Sequence record: PQ724392.1
Source of the DNA: a phage
Reading direction: 5' to 3' (one strand)
Length of the DNA stretch: 64,000 bases
Positions 43,753 through 53,252 of the stretch are shown piece after piece. Below the pieces are notes generated by a model. It saw only the letters and a program-made list of their open reading frames with translations, was not told where the DNA came from and searched no databases. Position numbers and translations under genes: made by a program. The first letter of the stretch is position 1. Every line of letters begins with the position of its first letter.

Positions 43753-44576
43753 CAATTACCCCCTTGGCCACCGGTCGGTTGATTGTACCAGTATTCAATA
43801 CCAGTACCTACACGCTGGCCATATTGATATGGATATGCTGGATTATATCCAGGAGTCCACGGTTGACCAGGCTGCCAGCCTTGCTGCATTTGTTGTTGAA
43901 GGCGTCGAGTTTCACGAAACAGCTCTTCCAGTTTACGGAGTTCATCTGGAGTGAATTCTGGTTTGACCGGTTCATCTTTGTGTTTCAGTTTAAGCTGTCC
44001 AGCAACATCGTCCCAATTAAAAACTTTGGAAGCTGTTTTAGGAATAGCATCACGTTCGCCGCGGGCCATCCAATAAACCGGAACCTCAAGAATTTCACTC
44101 GCATGGTCGCAATGGTGTGCAAGGTCATCAATATAACAAATGACATTATATTTGTCTTTTGCCTTCTGAAACAAATCCTCTTTAGAGGCTGTATGACCAC
44201 ACATCATCACTTCTTTAAACGCCCCAGGGAACAAAGCATTCAGGTTGAATTGACGATTCAGGCGAGCATCAATAGAATCACCCAGGGCTGTAACAGCCAC
44301 AAAATCATATTGCTCTTTGAGGTTATTGATAACCCTTAATGCATCCGCATAAGGAGACAAATAGCGAATAAAGTCTGAACAGTTATATTTTTCAATTAAC
44401 TGCGCGCCTAACTCTTCATCACAATTGAAAAGTTTACCAGGGGTCACAAATTTTTCATCCTGAATCATCTTAAGGATATGTTCCAGGGGTAAATTATATT
44501 TTTGGGCGAAATAAGGTAAGCCAGACTGCCATGACAAACATACGCCATCAATATCTGTTAAAATAACGGGTTTCAT
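43752..44576 (-). CDS. HAD-superfamily hydrolase-like protein with Q/P/Y/G-rich low-complexity C-terminal tail
   Basis: N-terminal HAD motif I (VILTDIDGV) and a DD motif (YIDDLAHH); C-terminal ~50 aa rich in Q, P, G, Y, W; ATGA-coupled to the upstream NADAR-like gene. Confidence 0.55.
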   Translation of the reverse strand: MKPVILTDIDGVCLSWQSGLPYFAQKYNLPLEHILKMIQDEKFVTPGKLFNCDEELGAQLIEKYNCSDFIRYLSPYADALRVINNLKEQYDFVAVTALGDSIDARLNRQFNLNALFPGAFKEVMMCGHTASKEDLFQKAKDKYNVICYIDDLAHHCDHASEILEVPVYWMARGERDAIPKTASKVFNWDDVAGQLKLKHKDEPVKPEFTPDELRKLEELFRETRRLQQQMQQGWQPGQPWTPGYNPAYPYQYGQRVGTGIEYWYNQPTGGQGGN

Positions 44577-45031
44577 AATGCATCTCTCAATTGGTTAAGT
44601 ATGTCAATAAATTCTTGTTCAGTCAATATTGTATCATGAACAGTAAGGTGGCTCGCCATCGAATGCTTTAAAACTTTGCCTTTTGTGGATTGTAACGCGT
44701 CGCGAAACCCCCTGTTTTGGAGCGCTGCTTCAAAATATGCATTTGTATACAACTCTTTCCATGCTGCAGAGTATCTTGAAAAGGGAATTCCAAGCCAGAA
44801 AAGCGTCCCACGGTCCGCAGCTCTTGCATAAGCTCTTCCACTTTGCTGGGCGGCCAATCCGGACATCCCAAATATACGTTTTTGTTGTTCAACATTTCTC
44901 ACCTTGCACCCTTGTAGGAAGCCTTCAAGACCTCCAAACTGGATACCCTCCATAACAAAAGGCCATTTGGCAAAGTTACTTAATGCGCATGATGGCCACG
45001 GAAAATTGCTTCTTATTTCTAACTCAGACAT
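44573..45031 (-). CDS. NADAR/YbiA-like (DUF1768) domain protein, candidate ADP-ribose-processing hydrolase
   Basis: Motifs collinear with E. coli YbiA: LSNFAKWP (YbiA FSNFAAWP), GLEGFLQGCK (SEHYFQAQK), ...FRDALQSTKGKVLKHS (LRALLLATAPAKLVEH). Start placed at the internal ATG 45031 (8-nt overlap with the upstream ORF); an alternative start at 45106 would add a hydrophobic N-terminus. Confidence 0.55.
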   Translation of the reverse strand: MSELEIRSNFPWPSCALSNFAKWPFVMEGIQFGGLEGFLQGCKVRNVEQQKRIFGMSGLAAQQSGRAYARAADRGTLFWLGIPFSRYSAAWKELYTNAYFEAALQNRGFRDALQSTKGKVLKHSMASHLTVHDTILTEQEFIDILNQLRDAL

Positions 45032-45236
45032 CTTTGACACTGATAATATCCACATCAGCCCAATGACCATAACCAGGTAGACGGTCTTTAATAGATAATC
45101 CGCCATCAGATTTCAGCATTTTAATTGTTTTAGTATATGGTTCAATATTTCGGGCCCATGGACTTACATCAGTCACGCGATAAGTAACTTCGACCATTTC
45201 TGTTCCCAAAATTTTCTGAATCAGTTTCTTAAACAT
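45024..45236 (-). CDS. Hypothetical protein (70 aa)
   Basis: ORF in the coupled operon downstream of gp30. Confidence 0.4.
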   Translation of the reverse strand: MFKKLIQKILGTEMVEVTYRVTDVSPWARNIEPYTKTIKMLKSDGGLSIKDRLPGYGHWADVDIISVKDV

Positions 45237-45237
45237 A

Positions 45238-45432
45238 TTATCCTCGCTTTAAACATTTGATTACAGACAACTCACCACCCATGCGAACGTCTTCAGTTCC
45301 ATCAACCCACAAGACTGCATATGCTTCTTTAATTTGGGTATTGCCTAATTTAAACGCAGGCAGGACCTTTGAAATCATTCCAGGAATACCCACACCTTTT
45401 AACTGAACAGTTTGTGATAAGAATAATTTCAT
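45238..45432 (-). CDS. Hypothetical protein (64 aa)
   Basis: ORF with TAATG coupling to the upstream gene. Confidence 0.4.
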   Translation of the reverse strand: MKLFLSQTVQLKGVGIPGMISKVLPAFKLGNTQIKEAYAVLWVDGTEDVRMGGELSVIKCLKRG

Positions 45433-45719
45433 TAGAACCTCATCTGGAAACCGTGTGATTTAACATTACCGCCATTAATATCAGATGAATTAATTTCATG
45501 TGCTGCAATTGGGTCAATATCAATGTCGCGTCTAAGCTTGGTGATTGCCAGAGTATCGCGTCCATTAACAGTCCTGAATTCTAGTGGACAAACTACATCA
45601 ACATAGTTCTTAATGGAATCGCGTGTTGGTTCACGCCCAGCAGGAACATTAGGTCCTTTTTTAGAGAAAACAACTTCACAGAAATTTTTACGTGTATCAA
45701 AGTAAGTAGTCATAAACAT
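45432..45719 (-). CDS. Hypothetical protein (~95 aa)
   Basis: Internal ATG at 45719 is preceded by a GAGGAAAA Shine-Dalgarno and a GGGGCGAAAGCCCC hairpin; the track start at 45749 lies in the hairpin. Confidence 0.45.
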   Translation of the reverse strand: MFMTTYFDTRKNFCEVVFSKKGPNVPAGREPTRDSIKNYVDVVCPLEFRTVNGRDTLAITKLRRDIDIDPIAAHEINSSDINGGNVKSHGFQMRF

Positions 45720-45755
45720 AGTATTTTCCTCAAGGGGCTTTCGCCCCATTTAAGA

Positions 45756-46121
45756 TTAGATATCAAATTCATTAAGAACTACATCAAAGATTGCTTCCAG
45801 GTGTTCAGGTTTTGCTTTGTTGCTCAGGATGTGACGAATCCAAGTTTTAACCAGAAGCTTGCGATTAACACCATTCCAGCAAGGATGAGTCCCTAAATCA
45901 CGTTCACGGAAATCATCATCTAACGCGATTTTGAATACCGAACCTTCCATCGTGATTGAAAGAGTAATACCATTTTCAAATCGCATATAAACGTAGTTAG
46001 GGGTCATATATTGTTCAATTTCACACACTGAACCGTTTTGATGTTTCCACAAGCAAATAACTTCAGAAGAACCTGGGATGCAGTTAGAAACATATTTGCG
46101 TTCAAAGTTGATGTAGTTCAT
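45756..46121 (-). CDS. Hypothetical protein (121 aa)
   Basis: ORF preceded by ACTGGAGAATAAAATG leader and a hairpin/promoter-like element at 46150-46185. Confidence 0.45.
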   Translation of the reverse strand: MNYINFERKYVSNCIPGSSEVICLWKHQNGSVCEIEQYMTPNYVYMRFENGITLSITMEGSVFKIALDDDFRERDLGTHPCWNGVNRKLLVKTWIRHILSNKAKPEHLEAIFDVVLNEFDI

Positions 46122-46192
46122 TTTATTCTCCAGTTGTTTTCATTTGTTGGTACAGGTCTATAATATCATAACCTGTACCAAAGTAAACTGTT

Positions 46193-46561
46193 TTATGCGA
46201 CTTTACTCCAATTATCTAAATTTAATTCACCCTTAGCTTTCATTTTTTCAATCAGAAGGTCTGCAGTGGTGCGACCATTTTGATACCATGTAACATCTTC
46301 AGAATAACCAGTTTCTTCATCTTCATAGGTCTTACAACAAATCTTACCCAAAATCAAAGTTTTCAGTTCGTAGGTATCACCAGTAAAAAAGTTTGTTACC
46401 ATAATTTTCCAAGAGAAGTCATCAGAAGGACCTTCAGGAGTCATGCAACCAACAAATTCAAACTGTTCTTTATACAAGTGCCATTGCATCTCTTTAGTTT
46501 CAATGGCTTTGTAACCGTCGTGGTCTTTACCTTTGATGTATGAGTTAAGATTGATTTTCAT
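46193..46561 (-). CDS. Hypothetical protein (122 aa); cargo of a PeSL-like early-promoter cassette
   Basis: Preceded by TGTACA-N17-CATAAT and the conserved leader ...CCATACTGAGTTACACAATAAAACACTGGAGCATAAAATG. Confidence 0.5.
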   Translation of the reverse strand: MKINLNSYIKGKDHDGYKAIETKEMQWHLYKEQFEFVGCMTPEGPSDDFSWKIMVTNFFTGDTYELKTLILGKICCKTYEDEETGYSEDVTWYQNGRTTADLLIEKMKAKGELNLDNWSKVA

Positions 46562-46602
46562 TTTATGCTCCAGTGTTTTATTGTGTAACTCAGTATGGAA
46601 TC

Positions 46603-46631
46603 ATTATGCACTGGTCAAATCCTGTTGTACA
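46603..46631 (-). promoter_or_regulatory. PeSL-like early promoter upstream of ORF 46193-46561
   Basis: On the - strand: TGTACA-N17-CATAAT plus the conserved leader; a terminator lies immediately upstream. Confidence 0.55.
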
Positions 46632-46643
46632 CCCTTTTATGAA

Positions 46644-46670
46644 AATAAAAAAGGGACTCCGAAGAGTCCC
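46644..46670 (-). terminator. Terminator after the 53-aa ORF, upstream of a PeSL promoter
   Basis: GGGACTC-CGAA-GAGTCCC hairpin with a T-run on the - strand. Confidence 0.6.
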
Positions 46671-46675
46671 TGAAC

Positions 46676-46837
46676 TTATGCTTTCGGCTTACCAAAGCAA
46701 GCTGCATCGGCGCGCAATACCGCACGAGCACGAGCCTGAAGTTTATCAGTCACCTGATTGATTCGCTTGTTGGACGCACGCTTGTAACCAGCGCGTTTGG
46801 AGGAGCCATCAACAACTTTAACTTCTTTCTTAGCCAT
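46676..46837 (-). CDS. Small basic protein (53 aa), manually found
   Basis: Manual translation gives MAKKEVKVVDGSSKRAGYKRASNKRINQVTDKLQARARAVLRADAACFGKPKA; followed by a rho-independent terminator on the - strand; not in the ORF track (under 60 aa). Confidence 0.35.
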   Translation of the reverse strand: MAKKEVKVVDGSSKRAGYKRASNKRINQVTDKLQARARAVLRADAACFGKPKA

Positions 46838-47234
46838 ATTAAATTCTCTTTAAAAATAGAATGCAGGACTTATTGGCATTGCCTGCGCAAGCCCTCGAAG
46901 GGAACATTAGGTTTCGGATATTTAACGACAGGATAACCATAAACCTCGTCATCATACCTTATAGCTCTTATCTGTTGCACACCGTTAGCTTAAAGGTTCC
47001 GGGTTCGATTTCTCGAGGATAAGATATATACTGATGGATATATAGGCCTTGAGGCGTACTCCCGATTGGCCATCACCTCGGGGTAGCATGCACTTGCCGC
47101 TATAAGAATAACATTCAAGAGGTACACCGTAAAACTGCCGGGTCTTAAAACTATAATGATTCGCAAATCATTAATCAGACGGTTCGACGGCTCCTCGATT
47201 TTAGCTCACACTAAGGCAGTGAATCTCCAATAAA

Positions 47235-47489
47235 TTACTTCAGGGTTACGACAAAATGACGAACCGCTTTACGGGCAGCAGATGCCAGCGGCTTAGCAAA
47301 TTTCAGTTCATCTTTTGCTTCGAGCACTGCGCGAAGGTCGGTTTGAACCGGGTTAAGATGTTTGAAATACTGCAGAATTTCCAGTGCTTCGGCTTCAACA
47401 TCAATAGATGCGCCGTAGTTTTCGTGACCGTTATTCCATGCAGTGCGTTGCAGTTCAAGAGCGTGTTGTAATTGTTTGTTTAAAGACAT
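47235..47489 (-). CDS. rIII: rIII lysis inhibition accessory protein
   Basis: Start moved to the internal ATG (MSLNKQLQHALELQRTAWNNGHENYGASIDVEAEALEIL...), closely matching T4 rIII over 84 aa. Confidence 0.8.
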   Translation of the reverse strand: MSLNKQLQHALELQRTAWNNGHENYGASIDVEAEALEILQYFKHLNPVQTDLRAVLEAKDELKFAKPLASAARKAVRHFVVTLK

Positions 47490-47660
47490 TTTAGAAGCCT
47501 CAATACGAGGTGAATATTTGGTGGACACGTTCTTCTGAATTTCACTTCCTTTCGGCAAGTCTCTCAGTTGTAGTCCACCGTTTAGGATTGGCTAACCCCA
47601 TACACCAGCAAAGCTCTGTATGACATCAACCAATCCATATTATTATTTATAACGCTAATT

Positions 47661-48008
47661 TTACTTATAAAGACAAGGAACAGCTTTATAATGACAGGTC
47701 ACAAATTTCTGCTTAACTTCTTTAGCCTGCTTAAGTCCCAGTGCAACCAGAGGATGTGGAACGTTTGCAATCTTGCCAACCGGAAGAGGAGTCAAATCAC
47801 CTACTTCGCAGAATCCTTCAGGAACATCCGGACCAACCGAAAATACTTCACACATCTCCGGGATTTCACCCTGATGGAGTTTTCCGATAACGATACCTGA
47901 TGCCGTAGTTTCTTCATCACCAGCTTGCTTTGGCTCAGAAACCAAAATAATATATTCACCTACTGCTTTAATTGGTAATTCCATATTTAATCCATGTTGT
48001 TTGGTCAT
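47661..48008 (-). CDS. 31: Co-chaperonin gp31 (GroES-like, required for gp23 folding)
   Basis: Collinear with T4 gp31 (LPI.AVGEY.ILVSEP.QAGDEE...[20 protein letters not shown]...[29 protein letters not shown]); the start could instead be the internal ATG at 47984. Confidence 0.85.
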   Translation of the reverse strand: MTKQHGLNMELPIKAVGEYIILVSEPKQAGDEETTASGIVIGKLHQGEIPEMCEVFSVGPDVPEGFCEVGDLTPLPVGKIANVPHPLVALGLKQAKEVKQKFVTCHYKAVPCLYK

Positions 48009-48039
48009 GTATTAATAATAGCATGCATTGTTTGAAGCA

Positions 48040-48339
48040 TTAAAGAACGAGCAGAGTCTCGGTCTGCAGTCCATTCACGGAAATCAATTTATTGAAACAG
48101 AATGAACGCCATTCATTAAGCTTGGTATCAAATACCCGGATATAGCTAACTGGTTCTTTATTGACTTCTGGCCCAGGGGCCTGGATTTCTTTATACGGAA
48201 GCAGGTCCAGGTCGCGAGTACAAGTCATACGACGGATACTACCATCTGCTTTTTCAAACAGAACTTCGTGAAAGCCAACAGACAAAATAGTCTTGACTTT
48301 TTCACGGAGGCGAATTGTTTCTTGTTCAGTTAAAATCAT
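48040..48339 (-). CDS. Hypothetical protein (99 aa)
   Basis: ORF between gp31 and cd; position corresponds to the T4 31.1 region. Confidence 0.45.
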   Translation of the reverse strand: MILTEQETIRLREKVKTILSVGFHEVLFEKADGSIRRMTCTRDLDLLPYKEIQAPGPEVNKEPVSYIRVFDTKLNEWRSFCFNKLISVNGLQTETLLVL

Positions 48340-48341
48340 AA

Positions 48342-48575
48342 TTATTCCAAAACAGTTTTAATAGTGGTTGCATTACGCTCTTTTAAAGCGCTCAGCAGGG
48401 ATTTGCATTTTTCAAAAACCGGGTCCGTTTTATACCGGATGCTTTCGTCAATCCATTCAGATTTATAGTAAGACTTCCAGCGAGAGAAGAAATACTTTTT
48501 GTATTCCACCGAAAAAGCGATTATACCCGTCCCCCGAGGACTAAGACTGGTTATTTTAACCATACGAAATTTCAT
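48342..48575 (-). CDS. Hypothetical protein (77 aa)
   Basis: ORF; position corresponds to the T4 31.2 region; stop/start coupling with cd. Confidence 0.4.
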   Translation of the reverse strand: MKFRMVKITSLSPRGTGIIAFSVEYKKYFFSRWKSYYKSEWIDESIRYKTDPVFEKCKSLLSALKERNATTIKTVLE

Positions 48576-49156
48576 TATTCACCACAAAATTCGTTAATGT
48601 TTTCCCAGTTCAATTTGTCTAAACTACGCTTAGGCACATTGAACACCTCAATTCCTGCATTCTTCAGGATATCATCCCAACCAGGAATATTCTTGTCATA
48701 CGTTTCGCAGTAAACCAATTTCTTGATTCCCGATTGAGAAATTGCCTTTGCGCAATCAGGACAAGGGGAAAGCGTCACATACATAGTAGCGCCTTCAATT
48801 GACGAACCCATTCTTGCTGCAAACAGAATTGCATTAAGCTCAGCATGGATTTCGTTGTTCTTTGACCATGCAGAATGGGCTTCGCGATGGGCTTTCGCCA
48901 ATACAAAACGGTCAACCTTACTGAATCTCACACATTCTGGCTTGTGACCGGGGACGAGAACAGGTTTAGGTTTATTCAGTAACCAACCTTGCTCTTCCGC
49001 ATGCTCGCAACAGTTGACCCCACCTGCAGGGGAACCATTATACCCTGTAGAAATAATGCGCCCATTCTTTTCAATAACAGCTCCCACTTTCCAGGAGCAA
49101 CATTTGGATTCTTGAGATACAAGGTATGCGATTTGCAGAACAGTAGTTGGTTTCAT
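48575..49156 (-). CDS. cd: dCMP deaminase
   Basis: 193 aa; near-identical over long stretches to T4 Cd (SKCCSWKVGAVIEKNGRIISTGYNGSPAGGVNCC...HAELNAILFAAR...TLSPCPDCAKAI). Confidence 0.9.
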   Translation of the reverse strand: MKPTTVLQIAYLVSQESKCCSWKVGAVIEKNGRIISTGYNGSPAGGVNCCEHAEEQGWLLNKPKPVLVPGHKPECVRFSKVDRFVLAKAHREAHSAWSKNNEIHAELNAILFAARMGSSIEGATMYVTLSPCPDCAKAISQSGIKKLVYCETYDKNIPGWDDILKNAGIEVFNVPKRSLDKLNWENINEFCGE

Positions 49157-49492
49157 TTACATCACCACGAGATAATTGGTTTTAATAGTTTCAACACGAT
49201 ATAATTCATGTCGCAATTTAGTAATGCTCTTAACATGTGTTGTAATTATACTATCACCGTCGCTGAAGCGTTTTTTCTTATCGTCAAAAATCACCCCAAA
49301 CATTCGCTCACCAATTTCTACAGGAGCTTCTGTGATAACAACCGCATCATAATTACTTGGGTGAATACTTTTAAACAGAGCATCATTCGCAAGCGTTACT
49401 TTGATAAATGCAGTTGTTTCTGGGTCCAACTTACGATGGTCACCTAAATCATTTTTAAGTGATTCTTTGAAAATATCCATTAAATTCATCAT
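49157..49492 (-). CDS. Hypothetical protein (111 aa)
   Basis: ORF immediately upstream of cd; ATGA-type coupling. Confidence 0.45.
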   Translation of the reverse strand: MMNLMDIFKESLKNDLGDHRKLDPETTAFIKVTLANDALFKSIHPSNYDAVVITEAPVEIGERMFGVIFDDKKKRFSDGDSIITTHVKSITKLRHELYRVETIKTNYLVVM

Positions 49493-49734
49493 TGAATATA
49501 CACTCGCTGCGCTTCAACCAGACCATCAGAACCCAATTTCAGTTGGGTAAACTGGTCACCACCTTTTAGAGTAATTTTCGGATTAATGACAATCATAAAA
49601 CTGCGTGCAGATTCCTGAATAACTTGCAAAGTCGCAGCAGGGAATCGCTGTGATACGCGGTTAATCATCTCTTGAGCAAATTCCTTCACTTTTTCGTGAA
49701 ACTCTTCAACAGTAATTGGGGTTTCGCTAAGCAT
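49489..49734 (-). CDS. Hypothetical protein (81 aa)
   Basis: ORF with coupled stop/start. Confidence 0.4.
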   Translation of the reverse strand: MLSETPITVEEFHEKVKEFAQEMINRVSQRFPAATLQVIQESARSFMIVINPKITLKGGDQFTQLKLGSDGLVEAQRVYIQ

Positions 49735-50276
49735 CAGATTGCCTCCTGTTTAACTTGTTTAACGATAGAAACTTTTGTGATATCACCTTTGATAATATAG
49801 CAATCTTCTGCAGTACCACGGTTTAACAGGCGTTCTGCTTCGTCTTCCGCATATTCTTTTGACACATGACGAGAGTTAATCTCAATCTTGCCATTTTTAA
49901 CCACAAGCAATTTCCAAACTGATGCAAGTTTTACTGGCACAGGTTCAACTTCTGGCTTAACACCAACTTCCGCCTGGATGAAATATTTGAATTCATCTGA
50001 TAATGGACCAACAGAAACAAACATTGCCCCACGATGCCTGTTCTGCTCGTCAGATATTTTTACCAAATCCACAAAATCATTTTCATCAATCAGACGAATC
50101 TCACAAACTTTTTTACCGCCGCTAACATTATCAGGTAAAATCTTAACTTCAAACGGAGTCATACCGATGTATCCAGCAATTTGGTAATTAGATGCCCATC
50201 CACCAGAGACAAACTGTTTTTTGGCATTTTCAGATACAAATTTGTAAAACTTACCTTCTTCAAAGAAATCGCTCAT
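49734..50276 (-). CDS. Hypothetical protein (180 aa)
   Basis: ORF with ATG start; no recognizable motif. Confidence 0.45.
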   Translation of the reverse strand: MSDFFEEGKFYKFVSENAKKQFVSGGWASNYQIAGYIGMTPFEVKILPDNVSGGKKVCEIRLIDENDFVDLVKISDEQNRHRGAMFVSVGPLSDEFKYFIQAEVGVKPEVEPVPVKLASVWKLLVVKNGKIEINSRHVSKEYAEDEAERLLNRGTAEDCYIIKGDITKVSIVKQVKQEAI

Positions 50277-50336
50277 TTTGTTTTCCTCATGTGTTGATGA
50301 AATTCATTATACACCATCCATGGTGAAAGTAAACAC

Positions 50337-50615
50337 TTAAATTGCTTCGACAACTACCGTTTGTTTCTGGAAGTCCATTTTGCATGAAATAGCCAAAATG
50401 TGGTTATCAATTTTAAATGGAACAATTGCAAATGCTGCACCAGGCGTGAGTTGAACAGTGATTGCATCAACTGCATCCGGGAACATGATTTCCAGAATAG
50501 CAGACAAACGACCGTGCACTTTTAGTTCAGTCGACACGTCGACGCTTTCGTATAGATAATCAGATACAATCTGACTAAAAAGTACTTTAACAATTTCAGA
50601 ATATGTAGGAAACAT
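50337..50615 (-). CDS. Hypothetical protein (92 aa)
   Basis: ORF preceded by a MotA-type middle-promoter-like element at 50663-50687. Confidence 0.4.
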   Translation of the reverse strand: MFPTYSEIVKVLFSQIVSDYLYESVDVSTELKVHGRLSAILEIMFPDAVDAITVQLTPGAAFAIVPFKIDNHILAISCKMDFQKQTVVVEAI

Positions 50616-50662
50616 TTCTTTTCTCGCTTAGTTATTGGGGCTATCCAAAGGACCTAGACCCC

Positions 50663-50687
50663 ATTATACCATAAAATTTTTAAAGCG
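50663..50687 (-). promoter_or_regulatory. MotA-type middle promoter-like element upstream of ORF 50337-50615
   Basis: On the - strand: AACGCTTTA, 12 nt, TATAAT, then GGGGTCTAGGTCC. Confidence 0.4.
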
Positions 50688-50903
50688 TTAATGGACGGTA
50701 TGCACCTTGACATTAACGATAAATCGGTCAATGACTTCAGTCAGCGGAACGAATTCAACATAATATTCGCCCTTGTACCGTTCGTTGATGTCATTACGCA
50801 GTGCAGCCAGGTTATTGATAAGAGCAGGAGACATATTCTGACCTACCAGTTTCTGAAGCTCTTTATAAGCTTCTTCTTCAACTTCATGGTGTTTGTTATA
50901 CAT
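50688..50903 (-). CDS. Hypothetical protein (~71 aa)
   Basis: Start moved to the internal ATG at 50903, which overlaps the upstream ORF stop (ATGTATAA). Confidence 0.35.
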   Translation of the reverse strand: MYNKHHEVEEEAYKELQKLVGQNMSPALINNLAALRNDINERYKGEYYVEFVPLTEVIDRFIVNVKVHTVH

Positions 50904-51092
50904 AATGTTCTTCCAAGAAGGCCAAGAGTTCTGGAGCGGATTTAAAGATACCGCCATCGACCTTGTCTTCATCTTTATAGTCCATTACATCCAGGCCAAT
51001 ACGTCCATCAGTTAAAGGCCATACGCTGAAAAAGTATTCGTAACGTTTTTCAATTTCTTCGATTGTACGAAAAATCTTTTCGATATTATTCA

Positions 51093-51093
<1 letters not shown>
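50896..51093 (-). CDS. Hypothetical protein (~65 aa)
   Basis: Start moved to the internal ATG at 51093, which overlaps the pseT stop (TAATG). Confidence 0.35.
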
Positions 51094-52311
<1,218 letters not shown>

Positions 52312-52315
<4 letters not shown>

Positions 52316-52800
52316 ACGCCAAGCTCCTTATAAAGTTCTTCGCGACAAGTTTTAAGGATTTTACCAGTTTCATAAGCTGCGCTTTCAGAAACATCACCAA
52401 GTGTAGCGGCAGCTTGCATTTGTCCATGACGTTTAGCCGCGTATTCAAAACTTTTTACTAGCTCACGAATACGTTCTTTTTCATTGTATTCTTCAATGAA
52501 TTCTGGGTATTCCCAAACAGGTCGCATCATACGATACCAATGCTGAATAGTAATATAATTACTTCCATCCAGATTAATAATTTGTGAAGGCTTAATAGCA
52601 CCCGGAGCATAAAAAGTTACCTGTCTTACTACATCAATACCGTCCACCATAGCCCAAGCAAAATCAAAAGTTGCCTTCTTTTCAATTGGTGTACTTGCAC
52701 AGGACCCTAATTTTAAGAGCTTTTGTAATGCAGGGGATTTAACACCTGAAATGTATTCAGGATTAGCTACAAAAGAATTGTCACGTAAAGTCATAGTCAT
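52312..52800 (-). CDS. Hypothetical protein (162 aa); PeSL-cassette cargo inserted between the spanin genes and the pseT.1-like gene
   Basis: Internal ATG at 52800 with a GAGGAA Shine-Dalgarno; directly preceded by TGTACA-N17-TATAAT with the conserved AAAGTAGTGTACA upstream block. Confidence 0.45.
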
Positions 52801-52828
52801 TTCCTCAAATTTTATAATCCGTAGGAGC

Positions 52829-52857
52829 ATTATACTCTGCTCCCATGAGTTTGTACA
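52829..52857 (-). promoter_or_regulatory. PeSL-like early promoter upstream of ORF 52312-52800
   Basis: On the - strand: AAAGTAGTGTACA-N17-TATAAT; the -10 sits in a GGAGCA...TGCTCC hairpin. Confidence 0.5.
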
Positions 52858-52961
52858 CTACTTTCCAAAAAGACCTTGAACACATAAAGTGGCCGCAATT
52901 CCAAAACAAAAACAGAATGCGCCAAATCTAACAATATCCCAACCAAGGCTACATGTCTCTA

Positions 52962-53252
52962 TCATTTGCAACGTTCCTCTTTTAGTTCAGAACGATAATA
53001 ACATAACATACCTTTTTGGTCATGTACATACCTTTTTACATCATTCATCCAAATCCGGAATTCTTGCGATGCTTCAAAAGGCATACCAACCCAGGCTTGA
53101 CCATCAATTACCTTAACTTCCCATTTCTGTTTGTAATCAGCCAATGCAACAGGCCAATTAGGATGAACTTGGATTGTGGGCTCCACAACGGGCTTCTGGG
53201 CACATGAAACGAGTCCAATAGCCAAACATACTGCCATGATAGATTTCATCAT
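52962..53252 (-). CDS. Outer-membrane spanin lipoprotein (o-spanin, PseT.2-like)
   Basis: N-terminal lipoprotein signal with lipobox (MMKSIMAVCLAIGLVSC); about 96 aa; directly downstream of the i-spanin with overlapping stop/start. Confidence 0.7.
   Translation of the reverse strand: MMKSIMAVCLAIGLVSCAQKPVVEPTIQVHPNWPVALADYKQKWEVKVIDGQAWVGMPFEASQEFRIWMNDVKRYVHDQKGMLCYYRSELKEERCK

Noticed and set aside
46573-46761. 62-aa + strand ORF
   Set aside because: It runs through the terminator hairpin and the leader of the PeSL cassette and overlaps the - strand 53-aa ORF; there is no Shine-Dalgarno. Probably spurious.
46990-47020. Possible tRNA, from a T-loop-like GGGTTCGATTTC
   Set aside because: The flanking bases cannot form a 5-bp T-stem (the G53-C61 pair is missing) and no acceptor or anticodon stems could be built by eye. 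Not called as a tRNA, but the interval is flagged as a possible structured RNA.
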